Source of the DNA: the human T2T-CHM13v2.0 reference genome, Homo sapiens
NCBI RefSeq assembly: GCF_009914755.1
Contig: NC_060926.1
Reading direction: 5' to 3' (one strand)
DNA: 64,000 bases
Shown here: positions 14,058-27,260 of the stretch, piece by piece
How the letters are laid out: each line of letters starts with the position of its first letter
Numbering within the stretch: position 1 is the first letter of the stretch
Program-made: the position numbers and the translations under genes
The notes under the pieces: generated by a model
The model's input: the letters and a program-made list of their open reading frames with translations, nothing else
What the model was told of the DNA's origin: nothing
The model's database searches: none

Positions 14058-14908
14058 GAGCCAAGCCTCTGACTTAGGCTGGGAACTCCTAAAGGTCACA
14101 TGTGCACCGTTAGATTGGACACCTCAGTAGACAATGCTTAACGCAACAATGTAAAAAAAATCTGCTGGAGTGGCTGTGGGCATATTCAAGACCACCCTGA
14201 GCCTTCAGCTCTTGTTGTCTCATCCACTGATGCCCAGGGACCTTCCCACAGCTTTAAACAGTGTGGCAGTTCCCTCTCTTGGAGGCCAATGTGAAAAACA
14301 AAGCATTTACAAGAGATGGTAGAAGACACCTTAGCATCTAATTGAAAACGTTGCCTGCTGTGACAAAAGAATTGAATGTTAGTTGCAGAAGGGGCGCTAT
14401 TGTGTATGCACCCTCACAATCTTGTGAAAATGGGCAACATCTAAAACTCAGACTTTGTATTAATGGTGATTTGCCAATATTTTATTTGTGAGTTTGATTT
14501 CCTGTGTCTCTCTGGACCAACCCCTCCACCTCTGTGTGTTTTTGCTTTCTCCAGGGAAGATACAGAAATACCACTTCTTTTCTCTTCTTACGGTTACTGC
14601 ACCTGACAAATTAAAATTGCTTTACAGGCAGTAGGCATTTTATGGGCCATCCCTGCAAGAAATAAATGTTAGAAGGCGCCGCCTCCCCATTCTTGCCAAC
14701 CAAGGAACAGAGTTATGGGCGGAAAAGCAGCCCCACCTTTCCTTGCAACCTCTGCCCTCATCCTGCCCACCCCGCACTGCCCCTGCCAGCTCCAGGCGCT
14801 TCCCGCCTCATGCTCTCCTAACTTACTGCTCTAACTCTCATTCTCCCCACTCACATCCATCCTACACTCCCTAATCAGCATCCTCTTCTCAAAGTGCAGC
14901 TCTGCTCA

Positions 14909-15067
14909 AGTCCATTCCTGCCCCAGAAGCTTCCCTGTCACATGCTGAATAAGGCACAAGCTCACACCCCAGAAACAGCCTTTCCCCAGGAGGCCGCAAA
15001 CTTCCTTTCACACCTTCTCTCCGTGCTTTCTCTCCAGTGACCCAAACTGAACCCTTGACTCATTTAA
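14909..15067 (+). repeat. copy 2 of ~160-bp dispersed direct repeat
   Basis: shared cttccctgtcacatgctgaataaggcacaagctcacac and gtgctttctctccagtgacccaaact-aacccttgactcatttaa. Confidence 0.95.
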
Positions 15068-15310
15068 CAAATATTTTGAGGAACTTACCATATGTTAGGC
15101 ATTGTGGTGGGATCGCACACACAAGAAGTTTTAAAATGACCTGAACTGCCTTCACGTTGTTCAGGGTTTAGTGGGGCAGATATGAGACAGCAATATTCTG
15201 TGCTAAGTGCCGTCGGGGGTGAATGCCTAGGGTGCTGGGGGAGTATGAGGAGGGGTAGTTAACCAGCCCAGAGCAGTCTGGGAAGGCTTCCTGGAAGAAT
15301 CCTGAAGAAA
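15058..15310 (-). mobile_element. L2 3' end
   Basis: catttaacaaatattttgaggaacttaccatatgttaggcattgtg...gggaaggcttcctggaaga. Confidence 0.75.
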
Positions 15311-17629
15311 TCAGCACTCACCACCTCCCAAGTAGCACTCTGCCTTCTTGTTCATGTGTTTTCTTCTGGATTGAGTGTCCCTGGCATATCTACGCCTTCT
15401 GAAGTTTATTCTTTGTTCAGGACTCATTCAAACCACCTCCTCATCCAAGAGTCATCTCTGGATTGCTCAACTTGAAGACAGCTTCCTTTATTGACTCCTG
15501 GTGGTATATTGTACATAGTCTTGCCTCTCGTGGTTCTTTGCCTTGTCTCACTCTGCTTTTTTTATAGTTTATTGACGTCATTATCTCAATATCTTCAACC
15601 TTATGTTTTATTCAGTATCCTTTTCCAAGCATAGAGCTTTATATAGCTGCCCTGATGCTGCCTGAATTAACTGCTTTGTGCATATGTTCCCCTAAAGAGG
15701 ACCAGGAGCTGCCCAGGATGGATTTGAAGGGAAAGTGGAGTCAGGCTTGCTGAGCCTGGTACACGGTGTCAGAGAGCTCAGAGCCTGAACTTCATCAGGC
15801 CGAGGTCATGCATGGTCACCATATGACCCAGTGATCTTGGCCAGGAGTCCTGGTCTCAGTCTGGGTCCCAACGTTCATCTTTCAAGTGCAGGCCCTTGGT
15901 CACAAAACCATCATCTGTAGGAAAACGCAGAGGGCCCACAGTACAGGAGAGACGAGGTCGGGAAACCAGGATTCCAGTGCCACCTGTCACTTCCTGTTGA
16001 GTCACAGCATAGATCTTCACCTTTGTTTCCCTAGTTGCAAAATGTCAGTTTTGAATTAAGGGTTTTTTCCAACTCAGAATTGTGCAAACTAGGATGAAAA
16101 CAGTTGAAATCACTCATTTTTTTGGGGGGGGGGGGTACAATGGGCAAATCCTAATTTAAGAAGTGGTTGCCCCGTGTTCACATGACATAGTCCAGCGTTC
16201 TCTGTCCTTTGATCCAGACTGGAAATATGTTTTCACTTGTTGACTGGAATTGTGCTGTTTTGGTATAAAAACAGGAAGAACATCAATATGAAATGCCACA
16301 TTTTGCAGCTTCGATGACTTAACTGAAAGTTCATTCCTGCCCACTGGTCATTTGGTTCTGAGAATAGGCTGTAAAAGGTTTCCATTTGATATATTTCAGG
16401 CTATTTCACCCAAAAAGAGTTTGTAAGCAGGGAAGACATGAATTTTGAAGAGCATTAAGAGCTTCTGAAATTGTCATTAACAGTTCTCCTCGGTGCTCCA
16501 CTTCAATGAAATGAGTGGCAGTGACATAAGAAAAAAAATAACAGCCCAATCTTTGTGTTTTGTAATGAATAATAAAGTATTTTAACCTCTTTAGGGACTT
16601 AGCACCACGTTAATCCTTTAATCCCTAGAAAAACCAATTTTGTTGACATAAAAAGGGGATATTTAACTTCATCCAATTAATTTTCTACCTTAGAGATGCC
16701 ATGATTATGAAGATTAGATTGAATAGATTCATTAAAACTACTATATTGTGTATTAAGTAGAGGCTTTGACATCAAAAAGTAGCATCAGACAAGAAATTCT
16801 ATGTCACAATTTTGTTTACGTATGCCCACTCTGAGGTGCCAGGGCTTTGAGGCCTTCATGTCTGGGCACTGTTGCTTAGACTGAACTGCTGACATCTGCA
16901 ACTACTCAGCCACCATGCAGCCATTAAACCAGTGACTAGACTGACATTCCTGCAATACCAGCTCCCTCTGTCTGTTTGAGCTCCAAATTAGAACTGTGCT
17001 TGTGAGGAGGCTGAATTGCGTGCCACAGAAACATTCCTAACAGTAAAAAGTTAGCTAAGTGTGAACTCAATTTTAAATTACATAGCATGGGGAAGCACAC
17101 CATTCAAATCGTTCTCAGAACAATGGATTGGAATTGGAGATAGAAGATAAATGGTTGGAGATTTAATTATTTTTGCACTGGACTTCAGCAGGCAGACATG
17201 GAAAGGTTTTAATTCCACTCCAACACCCAATCTCCAGCCAGAATTGAATTTACAGGGATGAAAGAGAAGAGATGATGGAAAGTGAGGGTTATGGGAGGGC
17301 CACAAGTATTTTAATGATGCAGTGCAAAGCCCCTGGACTCTCTTGGCTGAAGATGGCATCCTGAAGAAAGAAAAGTGGGACATGGAAAATGTCAGGGTGA
17401 CCTATCACTCTTATCCCAGCAGTCACTTTCAGTAGATGTCACTGAGCCAGCCTGCCACCTAAGCTGGAGGGCAAGGGCATAGATTGTATGTGTTGGCATC
17501 CCTTGCATCCCTTATGTGTCTTGCATGGCTTCTGGCATGCAAGTAGCATTGTCTAGTATGGTGCTTTCTATGAGGAATAGCATTATACAACTACAAAAAA
17601 ACAATACTGATGTTCTTTATGTGGCTTGT

Positions 17630-17830
17630 GAGGGAGCACAGTACCATGGGGGAATGGGAAGTTTTGGAAACAGCATCTGGAATCTGAATCTTTGTCTTAC
17701 CACCCTCCAGCTCTCTAGCCTAGGATATGCTACTTGACTTATTTAAGACTTGGCTATCTCATCTGTTCAATGGGAAGAAGTGTGTCAACCTCTTAGAGTT
17801 TTCGTAGAATTAAATTCTGTAAAGCAACTG
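17630..17830 (+). mobile_element. MIR
   Basis: ctctttgtcttaccacc-like left part, ctcatctgttcaatggga, agaattaaattctgtaaagca. Confidence 0.55.
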
Positions 17831-18518
17831 GATAATGAAAACCCCAGAACAAGAGGTGCCAGGTTGACATTAGTTTACTTCGCTCTCACCATGTAGCAAT
17901 TAATCTCATTTTTGTTTCCTTAGGCATGAATAATAGAAGTTTAAGGCACTACCACTGTCACCTAATTTTTCCCTTAATTTTGCACATGAGAAGTGCAATG
18001 ATTTGCTTAATTCTTAAATGATTTGCTAATTGATTTTAGAATGTACCAGAATCGAGAATCCTGACTCCCAATTCAGATCTATTTCCATGAACTCCTATAG
18101 CATGATTTGATTGACTGACTCTAGCTTTAGGGGGAAGCATTTCTCATCCAGCCCATATTTTCTCAGGTGACTGAATTCAGCCCTCTATCCTTTGATCTTC
18201 CATCCCTCAGGGCCTCCTTCTAATCAGAAGCATTCCCAACTCCTTAAATTATCTGTTTGGGTCCCATGCTAACTGTGCCTCAACTCTAGAACTTCCATTA
18301 GGTTTTTTTCTGGGAAATAATATTGGTTTTCTCTTAGAAGCTGTTCTTTGCTGAACTTTTGTCCCTAAGTGCTTTTCAGAGTGTTTCAGTCCCTGAATAA
18401 TAACATACATTTCTTTCAACCTCCAGTCTTCTTTAGCAGCCAGACCAGAGCTAAAGGCCAGGCCTCACATGGAAAGGAATCGAGGGGGCAGGGTTTGAGT
18501 CTTCAGATGGAGCTCTGA

Positions 18519-18864
<346 letters not shown>

Positions 18865-19324
18865 AGCCCTCTTCCTTTAAGTCTGCTCTGATTATTTCCA
18901 GAATACCAGTGGTAAGGTTAAGTTAGGGTGCCCTTGGGGTTGGTACAGCAGACAGGGAGGGAGACCAAGGCAGGAACTTCTCCACACTTGGCTCAGGCAA
19001 GGGCAATAGCCACAGGAAATTGTCTGCTACATTTCCTGGAAGAGTATTGGGTTTGTTCCTGCCAAAGACCAACGTTCCAGGTTTGTCTCTTATCTTCCTG
19101 AAACTCCACAGTCTTCAGAAAAATGGTAACATTCAGCAGAACCATTTGTTTGTAATGGAATTTTCCAGAAGGATACTGGCAGCAGACAAATCTTCAGGGA
19201 CTAAATGTAGCCTGATTGGCAGAGGGAAAGGAAAAGAAAAACATCTGGCACCAAAGACAGCAAATGAGAAGGTAGTCCATGTACTGTGGGCCAGTTACTG
19301 CTACTGCTGCTGCTGCTCCTGAAT

Positions 19325-19430
19325 TTACTCATTCATTCAACAAAAAGTTTATTGCATACCTTTTCTGTACCAGACACTAGAGATACCATAGGGAGAAAAC
19401 CAGAAATGTCACCTGCCTTTATGAAGCCTT
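19325..19430 (-). mobile_element. L2 3' end
   Basis: actcattcattcaacaaaaagtttattgcatacc...cctgcctttatgaagc. Confidence 0.75.
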
Positions 19431-22170
19431 CATTGTTCTTTCCTTTTCCTAAATGTGTTTGTTAGAGTCCTAAGATTTCACCATAAGAAATATCCTTGCT
19501 ATTTATAAAACACTTTACGACTTATTAACCATTGATGAACTACCCTCTTAACAACCCTGTGAATGTATTCCCAATTTATTAGACAGGAAACATAAGGTTA
19601 AGTGTTACCTTAAGTTGCACAATAGTTGGCTCTCAGTCTCCATATCTCAGAGTGACTTTGCCCTAAACTGGAAAATTATTGCAAGTTCCAGAGCTTATCA
19701 TAAGACCAAGGGCTGGCATGCTGGTTCCTTACTATTAATCCCAACAGAGTCACACAGCTCAACAAGGACCTCCTTGTGGGCTAATGTGTCCCCAGTTGCA
19801 TATGGCTGGAGTCGTCCCCATCTTTATCCTTTCTAAGTGAGCATGATTTTCTAACAAGACCCTCTTTGGCCACCACACCACACTACACTGTCCTCTCAGA
19901 ACAGTGAAAGGCCACAGTCCCTAGCTACAAAATTTGCCAATGCAAAGCCACACAGTAGAGTAGACTGACTTTAGGTGCCAATGTTGTTCGAAATGCAAGT
20001 GGGTTTTAGTTGCATATTTTTAAAAGTTTAATAGGTTGTTTTCATGAGGACCCCCTAACCCCCAAATGTCTAACCACCTCCATGTGGTTGAGGGAGACTC
20101 AAACCCTGTCCCTTCAGTTCATTCCCAGAGAAGCAGGGCATGCCTCTAACTCTGGACTGGCTGCCTGGGACCACTGGAGATGGAAAGAAGGGCATGTTCT
20201 TATTCAGGGACTGAGACATTCTCAGACGTCATTGTCAGCATGAGACCTGCTCCAACTACAGTGGGAAGGAACTGACCCTACACCATTCTTGGCTACAGTT
20301 TTTCTGCCTTCCTTCCCCCTGGGTCTCAAGAAGATGAGGGGTCTTTGGGTTTGAATGGAGCTCCTTCAAGCTTATTTATGATTTAATCCATCTCTGTGAA
20401 GATCCGTTGAGCTGGAGGAGGAGTCTGCTTTGCTGACCCCTGTTGCTAGAAAATTAGCCCCTCATGAGGTGTCAGTGCTTCTGTGGACTCTGGTTCCTGA
20501 TAAACTATAATCTGATGGACACAGAAGTGTCAGATGTCTGCCCATTTGCAGTTTAGGAAGGGAGGAGGAAAACCTGAGTATCTAAACCAAAAATCACCCT
20601 GAAGGCAGAATTAAACAAAGGCTGGGCTCCAGGCCATTTAAAAAATTACACAGAATTTACTCTTTCTCATTCCTATGTCCACTTATAAATGTGCCACATT
20701 ATCCCATCAGCCCATCCTCTTTGGAGTTTCCATCTGTGACTGGCACCCAGAGGTTCTCTGAGGCATATTCTCCTGTCTGTCGCTACGTGGGGCTCTTTGC
20801 TGTGTCTCTTCCTTTAGAATGTGCCTCCTCCTCTTTCTTGGTCTTCCCAGGTTCCCACAGCCGGGCCATGTAAATGTGGAGGGCTGTTCTTACCCAGCAG
20901 GTAGGCCACTGCTCTTGGCCCTTAGCTGGGGACCAGCTCCTAGGCCTTAGCAGATTAATTAACAATTAGTAATTATTATCTCAGTGGTAAGATTTTCTCT
21001 CCACCACCCCCTCCTCCTCTCACTCCCCCCAGCTATGGTATAATTTCAGACATAAAACCCTGTGAGCCACAGTTTAGGCTGCAGCCTGGGCAGCAAGCCT
21101 GAGGACAGACCTGGCAGGAGCCTGCAGATGCTTGCCCTTGAAAGGCCTGGACCAATTGGGAAGGGAGAAAGCCGGGGCTGGGGCTCGTCCTCCTTAGGCT
21201 GGTTCTCCTGGGCCTGACCCAATGCCAGATAAGGGCTTTGGAGGAGCCCTCACATTCCACCCTGTCTAACGTTTGCAGACTAAGTCTCCTCAAATAGGCC
21301 CACATGCTGCAGACTCTCAGCACTCACCCTGCTCTCTCTGTCAAGAATCCATCAATTAAGGGCTGCTAATAATATGCATTGACACAGCAGATTAGGCAGC
21401 CGTGGTCCTGTTGGCCTGCTCTTCAAGTCAATGGTTGTAGGATTATCAACCCTGCCATTGACGTTTGCTTCATTCTTCCCTCTCCAGTCCCTGGTGAGAT
21501 TTGAGAGAGAGAGCTCCATTCAAACCCAAAGGCTCAAAAACAAAAGAGTAATCTCAGCATGAGGGCCTGAAAAGCAATTCAGATCAAGAGAATACAGAGG
21601 CAACCCATTGCTTTCCTCTCTCTCATCACTGCTTTCTCCCTGCTTTGTGCTGAAATTGTCATTTGTGGAGAGTTCAGCTCAGAGGACAGGGGTGTCAGAA
21701 CCCTCTAATCCTTTAAACCCAATGGGCACAGGGAACCAGGCAAGCTGCCATTGGAAAGGTGCTTATTTTCCAGGCATAAGGCAAGGCTGTGACTGCCACA
21801 CCACATTTTTCTCTACTCTGGTGGGTAAACACATGGCTGCAGGTGGAGAACAAAGGTTTGGCATAAATCTGGCCTTGGGAAAATGGGAGATACTCACTTG
21901 TCAGGGGAGATAATCAGCACCTTATCTGGTCTTTTCCTCTTGGCCCTTTCCTCTCTACCAGGCTTTAATTCCTCTTTAGGGGCAGCATTAGTGTGTTGGA
22001 TAGTAGGGTAAGCAATGGTGGGTCTACAGCCCCACAGTGGGAGGTGAGCAAGGCTGGTGCAAGACTGACCCTGGGGGCAGGGCTCTGTGATGAAGCCATC
22101 CAGGGAGCCAGCCCAGTTCAAGAGAGAAAGTGGAGGCAGGTCTAACGCCTGAATATTGTGTGTCTTGCAG

Positions 22171-22247
22171 GTGACGGAAGGTGAGGAGAGAGCACTGAGA
22201 CCAAGCAAATGGAGGCACTCAGGGAATGAGAGGCTAAAGATGAGAAG
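22171..22247 (+). other. candidate 77-nt spliced exon
   Basis: branch point CTAAC 22142-22146, tgtcttgcag|G acceptor, AAG|gtaaga donor, purine-rich body. Confidence 0.35.
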
Positions 22248-22334
22248 GTAAGAGTATTCACGTGAGCTGGATTCCATCCAGCAGTTGAGGTGGGATGGGA
22301 CAAGGATGCCCCACTATAAATTCACAATGATTCC

Positions 22335-22458
22335 AGTCCTAATCAGCTCAGGATGCCATAATAAATACCACAGAGTGGACAGCTTCGACAACCAACATTT
22401 ATTTTCTCACAGCCCTGGAGGGTGGAAGTCAGCGATCAAGGCATCAGCAGGTTGGGCT
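22335..22458 (-). mobile_element. MLT1 (A/B-like) LTR 3' fragment
   Basis: gctcaggatgccataataaataccacagagtgg...catttattttctcacagccctggagggtggaagtc. Confidence 0.75.
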
Positions 22459-22459
22459 G

Positions 22460-25400
22460 ATGAATTGAGATGTTTTCTTTGAATGTGGTCAAAGTTATTT
22501 GTTTCCTTTTGAAGTTTATAATTTCTGTGTCTTGTCTAAGAAATCCTTCCTCTACTCCCAAGTTCAAGAGGATATTCACCTATCTAAAACTTTTAAATCA
22601 TTTATTTTGTCATTTAAGTCTGTAGATCATCTCAGGGCAATTTTTGTGAGTGGTATGGGATAGGGATTCAATTTGTTTCCTCATAGTAAGGATGACCACA
22701 TTGCCAAGTTCCAATCATTGAATGATCCCTCCATTCCCGCCTTTCCATGCTAGATCTTACAGGGCTCTCTTTTCTATCCCTTTGGTCAGTTAGTCTGTCC
22801 TCTTCCAATACCATGCTATCTTGATTACCCTGGCTTTATATCACGCTTTGATATTTATTACAGTAAGTACCTCCTCCCTCTTATTCTTGTTTTTGTCCTA
22901 GTGTGCTTTTATTTTAGAATCACCTTGTCGTGTTCCATAAAAAAAAACCTGTTGGGAATTTGATTGGAATTACATTAAATTATTGATCACTTGGGGAAGA
23001 TTTGACATTTTCACAGTGTTAAGTCTTCCTTTTCACAAGCATGAAATCGCTCTCCATTTATTTACATCTTCTTTAATGTCTCCTTGCTGTGAAGTTTGAT
23101 AATTTTCTGTGTGTAGGTCTTGCACATCTTCGGTTAAGATAAATCTCAGGCACTTTAAAGGTCTCATTGTTATTGTAAAAGGTCTTCTAAAAAAAACCCT
23201 ATATTTTTTAGTTATTTTTTGCTGATGTAGAGAAATGAAATTAACTTTAGAAAACTGATCTAATATCCAGTCAACTTGAAAATATTTTATATTATTTTTA
23301 ATTATTTGCCTATAGATCTCTTTTTAATACTTTCAAATAATAGTATTTTTTCTACTTTTCAATATATTTTTATTCAACTGTCTTTGAGGTATACCTCACA
23401 CACAATAACATACACCTTTTATATGTATAGTTTTGACAAATGAAGATACCTGTATAATCACCACTCCAATCAAGATATAGAGTATTCCCTATCACCCTGG
23501 GAATTTTCCTGCTCATTTGCATCTAATTATCCTTTGCTCCTGCCTAAGGCATTCACTAATCTGATTTTTATCACCATAAATATTTGGCCGGTTCTAAAAC
23601 TTTACATAAATGGAATCATATAATATGCACTCTTTTGTTTTTGGCTTCTTTCGCTCAATATTGTGAGATTAAATCATGATTCTGTGTATTTGCTGTTTGC
23701 ACATTTTTAGTGCTGAGAAGTATCCCATTGAATGAATATATTACAATTTGTGTGTCCATTCAGCTGTTGACAATCATTTGGATTGTTTCTAATTTGGAGT
23801 AAATATTTTTGAGGGCATTTATCTTCAACTCTGGTGGGAAAATACTTGGGAATGGCATTGCTAGATCAGAGAGTTAAGTCTGTGTTTAACTTTATAAAAA
23901 ACAACCAAACAATAAACTAAATGGTTTTCCAAAGTTATTATGCCCTTTTGCATTTCCACCAGCAACACACGAAGTGTTTCAGTTATCATACATCCTCTTC
24001 AACTCTTGGTATGGTCATTTTTTAAACCATTCAGTGTAGTTTACAAACAATAAAATGCATCCCTTTAAGTGGACAGTTTGATGAGTTTTCACAGATGGGT
24101 ACACCCATGTAACTACCCATCATAATCAGGGTATAGAGCATTGTCATCATCCCAAAAGTTGTTATATGCCCCTTTACAGTCAATCTTCTCACCCCTAGTG
24201 CTTTAAAATTACTATTTTGCTTTCTGTCACTACAGATTACTTTTGTCTTTTATCTGCTTTTTTACTTCTAGTCATTCCAGTGAATGAGAAATGGTGTCTA
24301 ATTATGATTTTAATTTTCTTTTCCCTTATGGCTAATGACGTTGATTATCTTTTTATGCACTTGTTGGACATTTCTGTATCTTCTTTGGAAGTATCTGTTT
24401 AAATATTTTGTCCATTAAAAATAGAATGCTTGTCTTTTTTTCAAAATTTTTTTGGCATTTCTAGCTCCTTCATATTTTTGTACAAACTTTAGAGTCAGCT
24501 TAACCATTTCTAAAAAGAAGCCTGCTGGGATTTTGATTTGCATTTTGCATTATAGATCAATTCAGGGAGAATGAAAACATTAACATTTATTGAGATGTCC
24601 AATCCATGAACATAGTATACTCTTCTTTTATTTCTTTCAGCAGTAAAAGAAATCGTTTTTAGTCTAAAGGTCTTGCATTTTTTAATTGATTTTATTTCTA
24701 AGTATGTTTTTATGCTATTTAAGTGGTATTATTTTTAAATTTTTATTTTCCAAATGTTCACTGTATATAGAAATGTAACTTGGTTTTGTGTATTGGCTTT
24801 ATTTTCCACAACCTTCCTAAGTTAATTTGTTAATTCCAGGTTTTGCACCGATTCCTTAGGATTTTTCCATGTAGTTAATCATGTCTTTAAATAAAGACAG
24901 TTTTACACTTTTATTCACAACCTTAATGTATTTCAAGTCCTATAATATGCTCTCTCTGTGTCTTTCATCAAAATGAAATAGACTTAGAAGTGGGCACCCT
25001 TGTATTGTTCCTAATTTTAAAGGGGATGTTTCTAATGTTCTCCCATATATCAGTTTTATACAGCATTAGATTTGGTATGTTTATACTTTAAAAACATACT
25101 TGTATTGATATTTATAAATTAAACTTGTAATTTTTCTTTCTCATATTATCCTTTTCCTTATATCAAGGCAATAATGGCCTCATAGAATGAATTGAGAAAT
25201 TCTCTGGGAGACCTTGTATATCATTAGAATAATTTTTTTTTTTTGCATTTACATGGTAAATAGTAGTAAAACTCTTTGATGTTCTCTGTGTGGGGAACTG
25301 TGTGTGAAGTAGTTAATCACTGCTTTGATATCTATATTTTGTATCAGGCTACTCAAGCATGCTACATATGTTAGATTTGGAACATCCTATTTTTCTAGAA

Positions 25401-25530
25401 ATATGTTCATTTATTCAATTGTTCAAAAATATTGGCATAAATTAGTTGATAATATTATCATATCTTTTAAAATTTGTGCATTAACTCTGGCTATGTTTCC
25501 ATCACTTATTTCTGAAGTTGCCATTAAGTA
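22460..25530 (-). mobile_element. block of old nested L1 fragments (L1ME/L1MB-type ORF2 and 3' UTR pieces)
   Basis: T-rich; tttgattggaattacattaaat, tttgcatttccaccagcaa, ccaatccatgaacatagtat, catccctttaagtggacagtttgatgagtttt. Confidence 0.85.
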
Positions 25531-25663
25531 GGAAAAATACTGCCTCTTTTAGGACCTACTGTGATATTCCTGAATTAAGGATTTAACAGGATCTCTAAGC
25601 AAAACAGAATCTTGGGGTGGGCAAATCACAGAACTCACCAGGGGGAACAAACAGGAATAGGAG

Positions 25664-25666
<3 letters not shown>

Positions 25667-25704
<38 letters not shown>
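25667..25704. repeat. (TG)19 microsatellite
   Basis: direct reading; a (TG)n(AG)n tract follows at 25841-25870. Confidence 0.95.
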
Positions 25705-25705
<1 letters not shown>

Positions 25706-25840
25706 ACATGCATGATCCAAGGGGATTTGAATCCAAATAATCTGAATATAGACAGAGTACTTAGTCATTACACTAATGGCTATATGAAGAATGACAGAAG
25801 GAAAAACAAAGGATTTATAAGTTACATACACACACACCTC

Positions 25841-25871
<31 letters not shown>

Positions 25872-25939
25872 AAGAATTAAGTGTGGAAGGTACATGATAC
25901 CTCTTTCAAAATACATGCCATGCTTTTAGTGGAAGGGGA

Positions 25940-26120
25940 TTCAGCTTGGATCCAAAGCAGTAGAACAGACCCAACCAGTGTTGAATATACTGGGAGATAA
26001 ATTTTGACTCAGTGTAACACCTGGAGGTACTCAAGGACAGCATGGGTTGTTCCACAGGTAATAAGTTTATTGCCATTGGAGGTACTGAAGTAGAGATTTA
26101 AAACTGGTTCTCAGGGTTGT
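25940..26120 (+). mobile_element. CR1/L3 LINE fragment
   Basis: gggagataaattttgactcagtgtaa...ggtaataagtttattgccattggaggtactgaagtagaga. Confidence 0.5.
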
Positions 26121-27109
26121 TTACTCAGTCTCTAAACATTTATTAAGGATCCGTTATATGCCAAGCATTCTGCTAGGCATTAGGAATGTCACCATCTCAA
26201 CATCTCACAAGAGATGGTTCTCGCTTGAGAACAGCTAAGGAGTCATGGAAAATGAGAGTCATGAGCTCTAAAAATGATATGGTTCAAGCCCTCAATGAAT
26301 GTACAGTCTAGTTCACAGGAGCTGGTTAAATATATACAACTCTACAACATACTTATGTATTTTTCATGTCATATACCTGTATACATGTGCATATATCTGC
26401 TAATGTTTTACAGTGTCAGGATCCAGTTGGATCTAAGAGTCAGGAAGAAAAATGGATTATTAGCAATAATATTGGATTAGAGCTCAGAGACCTGGGTTCC
26501 AGTTCTAGTTCTGTGACCTTCAGTAAGGAACTTACCTTCTCTTTATTTCTATTTCCCTATCTATAGAAAGAGAATAATGTACAATAAGGGAGCATGTCCA
26601 GCTTTAGCTTATTATCATTATCATTATTTTTATCTGAGCTACAGTGCCCTCTTTCAAATAAAAGGTAATAAAAGAAGTCTAATATGTAAAGTGTAAATAT
26701 GTAGCAAGTAACATGTAAAGTGCTGTAGCATTGTGTGGGGGTGTGAATTCCCACCCCTGGGTATGCCTTCACTCACTCCTAGCCCCCTTCCCTAGTGGCT
26801 CCAGAGTGAACCTCTAGGACTTCTCAAAACACAGTTGAAACCAGTGACCAAGATAAGCCATAAGATTTGTGTGAACTCTGACGTTTTAATTCTATATGCC
26901 TTTTCTTTTGTCTTATGTAGTCCAGAAAATCTTCCTGAAGGCAGAGGGGTCCGAGCTAAACACTGGCAGGTGAAAGAAACACAGGCCACCTGGCAATAAA
27001 AGACAGTAATCCCAGGCCTGGGACGTATATAGTTATTTGTCTTTGCTCTATAAGTCTGTGGCTTCCAAGGGAAGACCCTGTGCCTGAGAATCACATGTGG
27101 TTTTTCACC

Positions 27110-27260
27110 TCAGCCTCTATGATTTAGTAACTGTGTGACTTTTAGTAAGTTACTTAACCTTTCTGAGCTTCAGTTTCTTCTTCTGTGAAATAATGCTGTT
27201 AATATCATGGTGGGTTGTTATGAGGGTAAGGAAGATGAGAGGATATGTTTCTCATCAAAC
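27110..27260 (+). mobile_element. MIR
   Basis: tagtaactgtgtgacttttagtaagttacttaacctttctgagcttcagtttcttc. Confidence 0.8.

Noticed and set aside
14380-14400. Possible CTCF site (gcagaaggggcgcta)
   Set aside because: Only the 3' half matches the core.
13898-15067. Direct repeats as LTRs of a small novel element
   Set aside because: No TG..CA termini, TSD, PBS or PPT, and one copy is embedded in L2-like sequence.
16124-16135. G12 run as a G-quadruplex
   Set aside because: Too short for a three-tier intramolecular G4; treated as a mononucleotide run.
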